64,000 nt of DNA from Microgenomates group bacterium Gr01-1014_5 (GTDB lineage: Bacteria > Patescibacteriota > Microgenomatia > UBA8517 > UBA10165). A model generated the notes under the pieces. It worked only from the letters and a program-made list of their open reading frames with translations, was not told where the DNA came from and ran no database searches. Shown piece by piece: positions 27,826 to 37,518 of the stretch. The position numbers and the translations under genes are program-made. Every line of letters begins with the position of its first letter. The first letter of the stretch is position 1. Location: contig VMGE01000002.1 of assembly GCA_007376395.1 (NCBI GenBank), positions 77,118-141,117 of the forward strand, read 5' to 3'.

Positions 27826-29597
27826 TAGGGTTTGAGTTCTGATTGGCGGACGATGTCGGCATAGACTCCACCATTTTCTAACAATTTCTGGTGTGTTCCG
27901 CGTTCAACAACCCGGCCGCGCTCCATTACAAAAATCTGGTCTGCGTGTTGGACGGTAGACAGCCTGTGAGCGATAATAATTTTTGTCATTGAATGTTCGC
28001 GCGACATTTCTTCCAAAGCCTTTTGAATTAAAGCCTCGGACATAGTGTCTAAGTGGCTTGTCGGTTCGTCCATAATCAAGACTTTAGGCTCGGCAAAAAG
28101 CGCGCGGGCAATCGCCAGCCTCTGCCTTTGACCGCCCGAAAGTTTTACCCCTCGCTCACCGATTAAGGTTTGATAGCCGTGATCCAGTTCTAAGATAAAC
28201 TCGTGTGCATGAGACAGCGCGGCCGCGCGCAAAACCCTTTTTTCTACAGAGGCAAAAGTTTTTTTACCGGCAGAGTATGAAATAACTTCCCAAATTCTTC
28301 TGTTTGGCACTGGAGAATCTTGAAAAACAACAGATGTTTGTGCGCGGTAAGTGTCTAAATCTAAATTACGGAGGTCGTATTTGCCGTCAAGCACAATTTG
28401 ACCCAAAGTCGGGTCATAATAACGGGATAACAACTTGGCAATTGTTGACTTGCCCGATCCAGACCTACCAACCAAAGCCACAAACGACCCTGCAGGAATC
28501 GTCAACGTTACGTTACGCAAAACCTTGCGCTTGCTGTAAGCAAACGTAACATGACGGAAAGCAATTTGGCCCTCAATCTCAACTTTGACCGGGTTCTCGG
28601 CTTGTTTTATTGACGAGCTTTTAGAAAAGAGGGAAGTAAACCGGTCAACCGGTTCTTTTGCGTCCATAACGCGTTCGTAAATTCTTCCCAAGCGATAAAT
28701 ATGTGAATACGCGCGCTCTGTAAGAGTGATTAAAAACACCAAACTTCCAACAGTTAACCTCCCTGCTTTTATCTCAAAAAGCCCCAACACTAACATTCCT
28801 GCATAAAACCCCTCCATAAGAATACTGCGTCCAAACCCTGTAAATAGATGGCGCCTTACCTCGGTAAAGGAAATACTTTCAATTAGTCCCCAGATTGAAC
28901 CAAACGAACGGTTTTCGCGCGTCTCTTGGGCAAAAGCTTTGACAACCGTAATGTTTGTTATCGCGTCGCCAATTTCATCTGAAGAATCTTCATAGGCATC
29001 GTGCCTTCGTTTACGCAACAGGGCAGTAGACTGATATATCTTAAAAGTGATAAAGATGAACGGGAAGATTGAGAATGTAAAAATAGTTCCAATCGTCCAG
29101 CTTGTCAAAATCATTAAAATCGAGGTGACGGTTAATTGAATGACAACCGGCTGGAATTCAAACACGTAGCTCTCGACTAGCTGGCTTAATTTGTCTACCC
29201 CGCGGTTGACGATGTTAATCTTCGTCCCTGTGTGCACCTTTTCGTGATAATCAAGCGATAATTCTAACAACTTGGCAAAAGCACGCGTCGACATGTGAGT
29301 TTCAACGTTAATTAAAAGCTTGATAATGACATAATCTGTAATGTAATCGATAAGAATTGAAAGGAAGCGAACGCCAGCCAAACCCCCAACCACCCAGAGG
29401 GCAGTTTCGAGGCTCAAAACGCCTTTTGTGCGCACCAAAAGATCAAGGATTTTTCCAAAGAGATATGGCCCTCCGAGACGGATTGTCTCAAAGAGGGCGG
29501 TAATCGCCAGAATCCGGTAAAAATCCTTTTTGAAAGGCGCCAAAAGCCGCCAAACTTTAAGTAGGAAATTGGTACTTACTTTTTTTGATTTTGACAT
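27825..29597 (-). CDS. ABC exporter, fused permease/ATPase
   Basis: TM domain followed by GRSGSGKST, LSGGQRQR, MDEPTS, IAHRLST. Confidence 0.93.
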   Translation of the reverse strand: MSKSKKVSTNFLLKVWRLLAPFKKDFYRILAITALFETIRLGGPYLFGKILDLLVRTKGVLSLETALWVVGGLAGVRFLSILIDYITDYVIIKLLINVETHMSTRAFAKLLELSLDYHEKVHTGTKINIVNRGVDKLSQLVESYVFEFQPVVIQLTVTSILMILTSWTIGTIFTFSIFPFIFITFKIYQSTALLRKRRHDAYEDSSDEIGDAITNITVVKAFAQETRENRSFGSIWGLIESISFTEVRRHLFTGFGRSILMEGFYAGMLVLGLFEIKAGRLTVGSLVFLITLTERAYSHIYRLGRIYERVMDAKEPVDRFTSLFSKSSSIKQAENPVKVEIEGQIAFRHVTFAYSKRKVLRNVTLTIPAGSFVALVGRSGSGKSTIAKLLSRYYDPTLGQIVLDGKYDLRNLDLDTYRAQTSVVFQDSPVPNRRIWEVISYSAGKKTFASVEKRVLRAAALSHAHEFILELDHGYQTLIGERGVKLSGGQRQRLAIARALFAEPKVLIMDEPTSHLDTMSEALIQKALEEMSREHSMTKIIIAHRLSTVQHADQIFVMERGRVVERGTHQKLLENGGVYADIVRQSELKP

Positions 29598-29640
29598 AAA
29601 CTTAGAACACAGAACAAAGGACAAAGAACATGGGAACCAT

Positions 29641-29664
29641 TAAAAAACCGGCTTTCGCCGGTTT
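29641..29664 (-). terminator. intrinsic terminator in the leader of the ABC exporter
   Basis: AAACCGGC-GAAA-GCCGG-TTTTTT on the minus strand. Confidence 0.75.
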
Positions 29665-29778
29665 CCGAATCTATTTAGAAATTTTTTAAAACTTTAATTT
29701 CTCCAGACATGAAAACCGCCCGATTTCTCGGAATTTATTAACACTGTAAATAGTTACAGCTTTTACCACTGTGAATTT

Positions 29779-29807
29779 ACTATATGACTCATAGTAACCA
29801 ATGTCAA
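29779..29807 (-). promoter_or_regulatory. promoter TTGACA-17-TATAGT
   Basis: -35 at 29802-29807 overlaps the upstream stop codon; -10 at 29779-29784. Confidence 0.7.
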
Positions 29808-30472
29808 TAGGTGAATTTGAAAGTTGCAAGAACCCTATCAAAAACTTCTTCTTTTTCGTCCCAACCCCAATGTAACTGGTAAACTATGCCGCGCTTGGGA
29901 ATGTGTACTGTAATAAATCGTTCTTCATAAGGCCCAAGTGCTCCCTCTTTGAGCACGCTCGTAAATCTTTTCGCCTTAACACCATCGACGCCAACTTCAG
30001 TTTCAGTAACCGTGTACACTTCGTCACTCTTCGGCTTTACAGGTTTCTCGGAAATTGTAATTTCCACGTCGTATTTTGAGTCTCGGGCACAAGAAGCCAT
30101 GTTTACCACATCTTCGGTTTGAACGCGCGATCTTCTTGAAAGAATAAAGCCTTCTTGCTCACAAACATATCTGACGAGTATGTCGCTGGGATATTTTAAT
30201 GAATAACCTAAAACTTCGTCTGTGTACGTTTTCCATTTATCTGTTTCGTTTCCGGGACAAACAAACTCACAATTTGGGCCGGTCCGCCCGACATAACTTC
30301 CGTCCGGGCATTGCAGTGCGTCTTGAGTACAAACTACACTTTCAGGACTTGGCGAGACGAGCGCAATCGGAAGCGACTGCTTACCCTGTTTAACGCCGTA
30401 AAAATAAGCAAGACCAACAGAAAGAAGAGCCAAGACTAAGACTAAAATTACAGGAGCAAAACCACGTTGCAT
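29804..30472 (-). CDS. surface protein with prepilin-like N-terminus, 4-Cys module and PsbP-like domain
   Basis: MQRGF plus TM; CTQDALQCPDGSYVGRTGPNCEFVCP; WKTYTD..GYSLKYP ... FDRVLATFKF. Confidence 0.7.
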   Translation of the reverse strand: MQRGFAPVILVLVLALLSVGLAYFYGVKQGKQSLPIALVSPSPESVVCTQDALQCPDGSYVGRTGPNCEFVCPGNETDKWKTYTDEVLGYSLKYPSDILVRYVCEQEGFILSRRSRVQTEDVVNMASCARDSKYDVEITISEKPVKPKSDEVYTVTETEVGVDGVKAKRFTSVLKEGALGPYEERFITVHIPKRGIVYQLHWGWDEKEEVFDRVLATFKFTY

Positions 30473-30508
30473 AAATTCAGTGAAGCACTTTCAGGTTATG
30501 AAATCAAC

Positions 30509-30781
30509 TTACCTAATCTGAACAGTAAGCTTTGAACCTGTGGCTGAAGCAAACTTCTCTAAAAACGCAATTGACGGGTTCGCGTTTCCAGATTCAAGCC
30601 TCGCAATCGCTGACTGCTTAGTTCCAATCCTCTTTGCTAACTGTTCTTGTGTTAAACCTTTCTTTGCTCTTGCCCCTATCAGCTGGGAAATAAGAGCATA
30701 ACGGGGCGCAAGTCTTTTGTACTCGATTGCAACTTTCTTGTCTTTAAGTAGTTCTTTTTTGAGTGTTTTCCAAGTAGTCAT
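30509..30781 (-). CDS. XRE-HTH antitoxin (HigA-like)
   Basis: GLTQEQLAKRIGTKQSAIARLESGNANPS; downstream of the toxin. Confidence 0.88.
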   Translation of the reverse strand: MTTWKTLKKELLKDKKVAIEYKRLAPRYALISQLIGARAKKGLTQEQLAKRIGTKQSAIARLESGNANPSIAFLEKFASATGSKLTVQIR

Positions 30782-30786
30782 ACTTA

Positions 30787-30815
30787 ACTATAACATATAT
30801 GTTATAGTCCGTCAA
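30787..30815 (-). promoter_or_regulatory. internal antitoxin promoter TTGACG-17-TATAGT with a perfect 22-bp palindrome (30787-30808)
   Basis: ACTATAACATA-TATGTTATAGT; -10 lies 5 nt before the ATG. Confidence 0.8.
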
Positions 30816-31137
30816 TTCCTAATAACCTTTTCTCTGAAGTTGATATTTCTCTGGCAGGAGTTTTCTGTGTTTGTTTTTTAAAAACATGGAGTAACCATAT
30901 CGTTCTGCCTTTAAATGCATAAGTAATTCTAATCTCTTGTTTCCCTCTAGCTCTCAACTCGTAAATCTCTGAGGTAAGCTTCTTAGAGTGGGGCATTCTC
31001 AAAAGGTGTCCGTGCGTTTCCAGCAAATCGATAACGTGAGAAATCTTTGGAATTATTTGCGAATCACAACTCTTAATAAACTCGTCAACTGGTTTCTCAC
31101 CCCTCTTGGTTTCATAAGTTTTAACCCGCCAAGGCAT
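30802..31137 (-). CDS. RelE/ParE-family toxin (HigB/Gp49-like)
   Basis: GEKPVDEFI, MPHSKKL..IYELR, LLHVFKKQTQKTP. Confidence 0.88.
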   Translation of the reverse strand: MPWRVKTYETKRGEKPVDEFIKSCDSQIIPKISHVIDLLETHGHLLRMPHSKKLTSEIYELRARGKQEIRITYAFKGRTIWLLHVFKKQTQKTPAREISTSEKRLLGIDGL

Positions 31138-31176
31138 AAGTAATAATACACTGCGTTTACGGTGTCAAAGACAGCA

Positions 31177-31237
31177 CAGGCTCTGCTTAATATTCGATAT
31201 CAAGCTCTGCTTACCGTTTGACGGCAAGCTTTGCTTA
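31177..31237. repeat. three 13-bp repeats CARGCTYTGCTTA at a 24-bp period
   Basis: Copies start at 31177, 31201 and 31225. Confidence 0.75.
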
Positions 31238-31651
31238 CGAAGTTAACATTTTTCCGCCTCTGTGGAAAAAACGGCGGCCGCGCTCTTGCATCTCAGAAAT
31301 ATGGGTATGGGGAGATTCAATGTGGGTTCTTGGCTCTTCCTCTTCAACAAACGCTTCGTAGGGAATTTCCTCTTCAATTTTTTTCTCCAACCTGTGGCCT
31401 GAAGAGGCTTTGTCATGTAATAAATCGAAGATTCCTTTAATTCCTTTCATTCCCTCAACAAAGTTGGCAACGCCAATAATCGGTTTAACAACAGTATCGG
31501 TAACTATCCCGGCGTCATCAAGAATTTTATTTAATTTTTGAAGGGTTTTCTGCGTCTCGCGCAGGATCAGGAAAACCTGTACGCCGACAAAAACGAGAAG
31601 TCCGGTGAGAATAGTGACAACTACTGCGAGCAGTATTTGGGTAGGCTCCAT
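31235..31651 (-). CDS. membrane-anchored coiled-coil hypothetical protein (DUF948-like)
   Basis: N-terminal TM followed by a heptad region. Confidence 0.7.
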   Translation of the reverse strand: MEPTQILLAVVVTILTGLLVFVGVQVFLILRETQKTLQKLNKILDDAGIVTDTVVKPIIGVANFVEGMKGIKGIFDLLHDKASSGHRLEKKIEEEIPYEAFVEEEEPRTHIESPHTHISEMQERGRRFFHRGGKMLTS

Positions 31652-31726
31652 ACAATCAAATTTAGCATACTGCTAAGTAATTTTCAATTTACAATTTTTC
31701 GTATTAGATACAATATCCATTTCAAA

Positions 31727-32329
31727 TTATTCAATTGGCTTTGAGACAGTAGACTTCTTGCCTGTGCGCGAGGTTGCCTCGACATAAACCGCAGAGTTAA
31801 TAAGGTCTTGTCTTTCAACCTCTGCTTTAAAACTCCCGTCACTCTCGACCAATATTGGTCTGCCGTTAACCTCAACCGTTGCAGAAGGTGAGGTCTTTCC
31901 ACTTACCCCAATCACGCCACTATCACTGACACTAACACTGAGCGGCGGAGGCGCGGAAAATTGGAAATATTGCCGGCCTAAGTAAAAACCTAAGAAGACT
32001 AAGCTTAAAATTATGGTGGCGAAAATTGTCGTTTTTGGTGTCCAGAGAGAACTTGGATAGAGCGCGATTTCGCGGGTGTACGACGCTCCCTGGTTTTGCG
32101 GGAAATCACGGCGCAGGAGAGCCGCAACCAAGCTTGGATTCGCTTCGACGTTTTGCGCGTAAACCCTGGCAAAACCTTGGGCAACTGTGAAGTTTGGCAA
32201 GTTACCCCAATCGGAATCCTCAAGAGCTGATAAAAACTTTTCTTTAATCCTCGTTTTTCTAGAAACTTGAGACAAAGTTTTCTTCTTTGCCTCTCTGGCT
32301 TCTTTTAAAACTGTTCCCGCAGATCGCAT
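31727..32329 (-). CDS. RodZ-like HTH membrane protein
   Basis: GTVLKEARE...TRIKEKFLSALE, GFARVYA, TM, Ig-like tail; directly after ftsK. Confidence 0.8.
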   Translation of the reverse strand: MRSAGTVLKEAREAKKKTLSQVSRKTRIKEKFLSALEDSDWGNLPNFTVAQGFARVYAQNVEANPSLVAALLRRDFPQNQGASYTREIALYPSSLWTPKTTIFATIILSLVFLGFYLGRQYFQFSAPPPLSVSVSDSGVIGVSGKTSPSATVEVNGRPILVESDGSFKAEVERQDLINSAVYVEATSRTGKKSTVSKPIE

Positions 32330-32332
32330 AGA

Positions 32333-34405
32333 CTAATTAACATTTTGTTGCGCCAAGAAACTTTCCGCGTCGGAAATTAAAACATCCCTCGGCTTTGCTC
32401 CATCTCCCGGGCCTACAACACCGCGCGCTTCCAATTGATCGAGAATACGCGCCGCGCGGGCATACCCAATAGCAAGCCTTCTTTGAAGTAAAGAGGCAGA
32501 GGCCTTGTCAGACTGACAAATTACACGCACAGAGTCGTCAAATAAACTGTCTTTCTCTTCACCGGCTGACAGACCAACATTGCCGCGGGCTCCTTTGACC
32601 GGTTGGCTAGTCACTTCTTCTGTATATTGTGGAGAAATTCCGGTCTTTTTCAAAAACTCGATTAAACGCTGTGAGTCTGAGTCAGAAACGTAAGTTCCCT
32701 GAATCCTACGGGGTCTTGCCTCGTCAGGAGGCAAAAACAGCATGTCTCCCCGCCCAAGAAGCCGTTCGGCGCCAGGTGTATCTAAAATAACGCGCGAATC
32801 AACCAAAGATGAAACTGCAAAAGCAATGCGGCAAGGAATGTTGGCTTTGATCAGCCCTGTTAAAACATCGACTGAGGGGCGTTGCGTGGCTAGAATCATA
32901 TGAATTCCGGTTGCGCGTGACATTTGGGCTAAGCGGGTAATGCAATCCTCTACCTCTACCGGAGAAAAGAGCATAATATCTGCCAACTCATCAATAACCA
33001 AAACTATATGCGGTAAAGCTTGAAAACCGGAAATTTCGTTATAACTTTCTATATTACGCGCGCCAACATGGGCAAACATTTTATAGCGGTGATCCATTTC
33101 GTTCATTAAATACTTCAAAGCAGAGACTACCTTATCAGGGTCGACAATAACAGGAGCTAAAAGGTGCGGGACGCCATTGTAACCTGTTAACTCAACACGT
33201 TTCGGGTCTACCAAAACAAACTTTACTTCATTAGGAGAAGCACGGAAAAGTATTGTGGTGATAAAGGAGTTAACAGCAACCGATTTACCAGACCCTGTTT
33301 GTCCGGCAATTAGACAATGCGGCATTTTAGCAAGGTTATAAACAATCGGCTTTCCGGCAACATCTAACCCCAAAGAAAGGGTTAGCTTACTCTTTGAGTC
33401 GCGCATCACGTCAGATTCTAAAATCTTCTTCATCGGAACAAACTCGGGGGCACGGTTGGGCAACTCAATACCCACCAATGAACGTCCCGGGATCGGGGCT
33501 TCAATTCTGATTAGTCCGGAAGGAGCAGCAAGTGCTAAAGCCAAATCATTGGCAAGTCCGGTAATTTTAGTCAGCTTTGTTCCAAGAGCAACTTCAATAG
33601 CATATTGGGTAACTGCCGGACCGAGATTAACTTCGACAACTTTTGCCTGAACTCCAAACGATTCGAGAGTGCGCTCGATAACTGCGGCATTAGCCTTGAT
33701 ATCCCCGCGGTCAGCCTTACCCGAAGCGCTGTCTTGCAATAAGGAAAGAGGTGGATAGTCCCAAATTTTATCCTGTCCGGGAACATTGACCGCAGAGGCA
33801 GTGATTGCCTCCTTGTTTTCTTTCGCAAGTTGAGAAGTCGAAGGCGTAGCGTCACCGCCTGAAATTTTTATTCCCCCGGCCAAAGCTCTGGCAGGTTTGC
33901 CTGAAGTGCCTAGGATGTGATGGCGTAAACGGACAAGTATGGATAAAAAAATCGCCATCACTTGGTCGAGCGAGGCGTTAAATAAAATTAAAAAACCAAT
34001 TACCAACCCGCCAAGATAAATAACAAAGGCTCCGGGGCCGGTAATCATCACGGCAATTGCGTTCCAAGCTTCACTACCGACAACCCCGGCACTGGTTAAA
34101 GCCGCAAGTGTAATTACTAAAATTAAGGCTCCAACCAGTACGTTTGGCTGATTTATGGGAGTTTGAAACTTGGAAAACATCAAGCCAGAAACAAGAAGTA
34201 TAAAAGGTAAAAAGATGGCTGTCCAAGAGAAAAATTCAAGAAGAAACTCGTTTAACGACAAAAGTATGCCTTGACGCGAAAAGGAAACAACTATTATTCC
34301 CGCCAGGGAAAGAAAGAGAACTTGTGCAATTGAATAGACAGTGTGTTTTTTAAGATTGAAGCGGAAAGCGCGGCGCCAAATTGGACCTCTTTTGGTTCTG
34401 GGCAT
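32333..34405 (-). CDS. ftsK: DNA translocase FtsK/SpoIIIE
   Basis: 4-TM N-terminus, PHCLIAGQTGSGKS, VIDELAD, ATQRPS, gamma domain LQRRLAIGYARAAR. Confidence 0.96.
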   Translation of the reverse strand: MPRTKRGPIWRRAFRFNLKKHTVYSIAQVLFLSLAGIIVVSFSRQGILLSLNEFLLEFFSWTAIFLPFILLVSGLMFSKFQTPINQPNVLVGALILVITLAALTSAGVVGSEAWNAIAVMITGPGAFVIYLGGLVIGFLILFNASLDQVMAIFLSILVRLRHHILGTSGKPARALAGGIKISGGDATPSTSQLAKENKEAITASAVNVPGQDKIWDYPPLSLLQDSASGKADRGDIKANAAVIERTLESFGVQAKVVEVNLGPAVTQYAIEVALGTKLTKITGLANDLALALAAPSGLIRIEAPIPGRSLVGIELPNRAPEFVPMKKILESDVMRDSKSKLTLSLGLDVAGKPIVYNLAKMPHCLIAGQTGSGKSVAVNSFITTILFRASPNEVKFVLVDPKRVELTGYNGVPHLLAPVIVDPDKVVSALKYLMNEMDHRYKMFAHVGARNIESYNEISGFQALPHIVLVIDELADIMLFSPVEVEDCITRLAQMSRATGIHMILATQRPSVDVLTGLIKANIPCRIAFAVSSLVDSRVILDTPGAERLLGRGDMLFLPPDEARPRRIQGTYVSDSDSQRLIEFLKKTGISPQYTEEVTSQPVKGARGNVGLSAGEEKDSLFDDSVRVICQSDKASASLLQRRLAIGYARAARILDQLEARGVVGPGDGAKPRDVLISDAESFLAQQNVN

Positions 34406-34433
34406 GTTAATTGGAGTATATCACAACTTGAGG

Positions 34434-36089
34434 CTAGACCTCGACAACCACTGGTAATACCATAGGTCTTCTTCCGGTTTCTTCAAAAAAGAAGCGTTCT
34501 AAAAAGTCTACCGCTACTTCTTTAACACCTATCGGATTGGCAACTTTTATTCTTTCGCTTATTTTACGAGACAACTCGGCTGAGGCGCGGTCAAGAAACT
34601 CTTGCTGTTCTTTTGCAAAGACAAACCCGCGGCTAACGATATCCGGCTTGGCCGTTAGTTTTCCGTTTTGGTGATCTGTCTGTAAAATTACAATAACAAC
34701 TCCTTCTTTGGCAAGAGTCTGGCGGTCGCGCAATACAACATTGCCCACGTCACCCACTCCTAACCCGTCAACCAAAACGTTTTTAACGGCTATTCTCTCT
34801 CCTTTTTTAGGATCTCCGTCTTTAGCAAATTCGACTGATTCACCTTCTCTTAACTCAAACACTTGCTCTTTTTTCCATCCCATCATCTCGGCAAGTTCCC
34901 GGTAAGCGCGCATGTGACGTATTGTTCCGCCAACCGGAATTAAATATTTAGGTTTAATCAAAGCAAAAAGCATTTCTATATCTTTTTGACTGCCATGACC
35001 TGAGACGTGCAAGTCATCCTGGGTATCGTAATAATGCACAACCGCACCCTTTTCCATTAAATTATCAACAACAAAGTTAACCGCTTGTTCAGTTCCGGGC
35101 GGCGCTGGATCTGCAGAAAAAACTACATAGTCATCTGTCTCTATTTGCAAAAATGGATGTTCTCCCATAGCCACGCGGTGCAGTGCTGATCCTGTTTGGC
35201 CATAACTGCCTGAAATAATGTAAGTTACTTTATCGCTTGGCAGTTTTTGTGCTTCGCGTGGAGTAATCACGGTTCCGGGTATCCATTTCAAATGACCGAG
35301 TTTTCTGGCAATTTCTGCTTTTTTCTCGGTAGAGCGTCCGACAAAAGCAACTTTCCGCCCAACTAATTCTGAGGCGCGGATTGCCAAATACATACGCGAA
35401 ATGTTCGAAGATAAAGTTGTAAAATACACCCGCTTCTGCGCCTTTTCGATAACAAAGTCTATATTTTGTTCGATTTCCCGTTCAGACTTGGTATACCCCA
35501 CAGAAGTTGATCCTAACGCATCAGAAGCCAAAGCTAAAACCCCGTCAGAAGCCAAAACGGCTGCCTTGGTTATATCAAACGGCTTTTGATCAATTGGCGT
35601 CCAGTCGAATTTGTAATCCGGAACATGGAAAATTTTACCTACTGGTGTAGTGATGCAAAACCCAACGCCGTCTGGAACGGAATGAGCAACACGAAACGAG
35701 TCTATTCTAAAACTACCAATGTTAAACCCTTCTTTTTCAGGGTTAAAGATATTAACCTTAATTTTTTTGCCGTAATCTAAAAATTTATCTTCAATAAACG
35801 CCGCCACGAGCTGTGTAGAATAAATTGGTGCTTGCAGCTCGTTAAACAAAAAGGGGAGAGCGCCCAAATGGTCTTCGTGACCGTGAGAAATCAAAATCCC
35901 TTTTATCTTTTCCTTATTCTCAACAAGGTAAGTAAAATCAGGAATAACTAAATCAATCCCAAAAGTAGCCTCTTCAGGAAAGCCTACTCCGCAGTCAACC
36001 ACGAGAATCTCGTCTCTGTATTCATAGAGATACATATTCTCGGTAACACTGGTTGTACCAGATAGTGCTACAAAACGAAGTTTATCCAT
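34434..36089 (-). CDS. rnj: ribonuclease J
   Basis: SHGHEDHLG, HSVPD, HVSGHG, TGRRPMVLP. Confidence 0.95.
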   Translation of the reverse strand: MDKLRFVALSGTTSVTENMYLYEYRDEILVVDCGVGFPEEATFGIDLVIPDFTYLVENKEKIKGILISHGHEDHLGALPFLFNELQAPIYSTQLVAAFIEDKFLDYGKKIKVNIFNPEKEGFNIGSFRIDSFRVAHSVPDGVGFCITTPVGKIFHVPDYKFDWTPIDQKPFDITKAAVLASDGVLALASDALGSTSVGYTKSEREIEQNIDFVIEKAQKRVYFTTLSSNISRMYLAIRASELVGRKVAFVGRSTEKKAEIARKLGHLKWIPGTVITPREAQKLPSDKVTYIISGSYGQTGSALHRVAMGEHPFLQIETDDYVVFSADPAPPGTEQAVNFVVDNLMEKGAVVHYYDTQDDLHVSGHGSQKDIEMLFALIKPKYLIPVGGTIRHMRAYRELAEMMGWKKEQVFELREGESVEFAKDGDPKKGERIAVKNVLVDGLGVGDVGNVVLRDRQTLAKEGVVIVILQTDHQNGKLTAKPDIVSRGFVFAKEQQEFLDRASAELSRKISERIKVANPIGVKEVAVDFLERFFFEETGRRPMVLPVVVEV

Positions 36090-36222
36090 AAGAAGAATTT
36101 CTAATTATTCTAATTTCTAACTGCGAAGCAACAAGCTTCGCTTATTAATCTAAACATAATTTTAACTGATTTCAGCCTATAACGCAATCGTTAGAAATTA
36201 GGTTAATTAGATCAATTAGAAA

Positions 36223-36840
36223 TTAAAACAGACTCGTTTGTTTTGGTTTCTCTTCTTCTGTTTTAATCTCCTGGGCTTTTTTCAATACTTCAAGAATTAA
36301 CTTAAAATCTTCTTTTAATTGTTGCATAATTTGTCCCGCCCGCAAAGCAGCAGCCGGGTGATACATTGGAATAATGATTACAGTTCTTCCTTGCCATTCA
36401 ATTGTCCGTGGGTTTCCATGCACTTGGCTAATTTTTACACCAGGCATAAACTTATTCATGGAAAATCTCCCCAGCGTTACAATTACCCGAGGTTTAATAA
36501 TTTCTATTTCCCGGTCTACATAAGGCTGGAAAGCCGTAATTTCTTCTGGAGTAGGATCACGGTTTTCGGGAGGACGAAAACGTACGATATTGGAAATGTA
36601 AACGTCTTTTCTTTTTAAACCAATGCTTTCGATTAACTTGTCCAGTAATTTTCCTGCTTGCCCAACAAAGGGTCTTCCTTGCTGGTTTTCATAGTAACCC
36701 GGCGCTTCACCAAGGCAATAAATTAAGGCATCCGGGTTTCCCTCCCCAAAAACCAGGCGCGTTTCCCGTGTGCGCAACGGGAGGCTTTTGTCTGCCCCCA
36801 TCTCTTGTTTAAGTTTTTTTAGCTCTATATTCTTGTCCAT
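36223..36840 (-). CDS. uracil-DNA glycosylase, family 4-like, lacking Fe-S cysteines
   Basis: GEAPG, GRPFVGQAG, RPPENRDP, YHPAAALR. Confidence 0.92.
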   Translation of the reverse strand: MDKNIELKKLKQEMGADKSLPLRTRETRLVFGEGNPDALIYCLGEAPGYYENQQGRPFVGQAGKLLDKLIESIGLKRKDVYISNIVRFRPPENRDPTPEEITAFQPYVDREIEIIKPRVIVTLGRFSMNKFMPGVKISQVHGNPRTIEWQGRTVIIIPMYHPAAALRAGQIMQQLKEDFKLILEVLKKAQEIKTEEEKPKQTSLF

Positions 36841-36867
36841 GCGCAAGAATATGTTACAATATATTTC

Positions 36868-37518
36868 GTGAGACTTCTTCTGCCAATATCTCTTCTTTTC
36901 TTTCTTTTGGTTTCCAATGTTACTACTGCGGCTTTAGCCCAAGATGGGAGTCGCGGTAGTAATACTGGAGGCAAATCTTCCGCTATTACAGATCGACGAG
37001 AAACGATAAAAGAAACTATTAAAACCCGCCGTGAAGAGGTAAAAGCCCGCGCCGAAGAAAGAAGAGTCGAGTTAAAAACAAAACTTGCCGAATTTAAAGA
37101 CAAGAAAAAGGCAGAGATTGCCGAGCGTATCGACAAAAAACTAACTTCTGTTAATGAAAAACGTACTACCCAAATGTCTGAAACGATTACGAAGATGAAC
37201 GAGATGGTAACAAAACTTGAAACTAGAATTGCTGCTGCGCGAACTGCAGGCAAAGACGTTACAGGAGCACAAACCACCCTGGACACGGCAAAAACTGCTA
37301 TTTCTACTGCCTCGTCCGCAGTAACTGCCCAAGCAGGCAAGGATTATGGCACAACAGTCTCGTCTGAAACAACAGCTAAAACCGAACTGAAAACAGCCAG
37401 AGACTCATTAAACACAGACCTAAAAGCAACCCATTCGCAGCTGGTTGCCGCCAAACAAGCGTTAGCCAAGGCAATAAGCAGTGTTAAAAGCTTAGGAGGG
37501 GATAATAAAGGTGAATAA
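36868..37518 (+). CDS. secreted helical/coiled-coil protein
   Basis: Signal peptide ending ALA, then K/E/T/A-rich helices; TGtTACAAT 7 nt before the GTG. Confidence 0.8.
   Translation: MRLLLPISLLFFLLVSNVTTAALAQDGSRGSNTGGKSSAITDRRETIKETIKTRREEVKARAEERRVELKTKLAEFKDKKKAEIAERIDKKLTSVNEKRTTQMSETITKMNEMVTKLETRIAAARTAGKDVTGAQTTLDTAKTAISTASSAVTAQAGKDYGTTVSSETTAKTELKTARDSLNTDLKATHSQLVAAKQALAKAISSVKSLGGDNKGE

Noticed and set aside
31177-31237. CRISPR array
   Set aside because: 13-bp repeats and 11-bp spacers are far too short and no cas genes are present.
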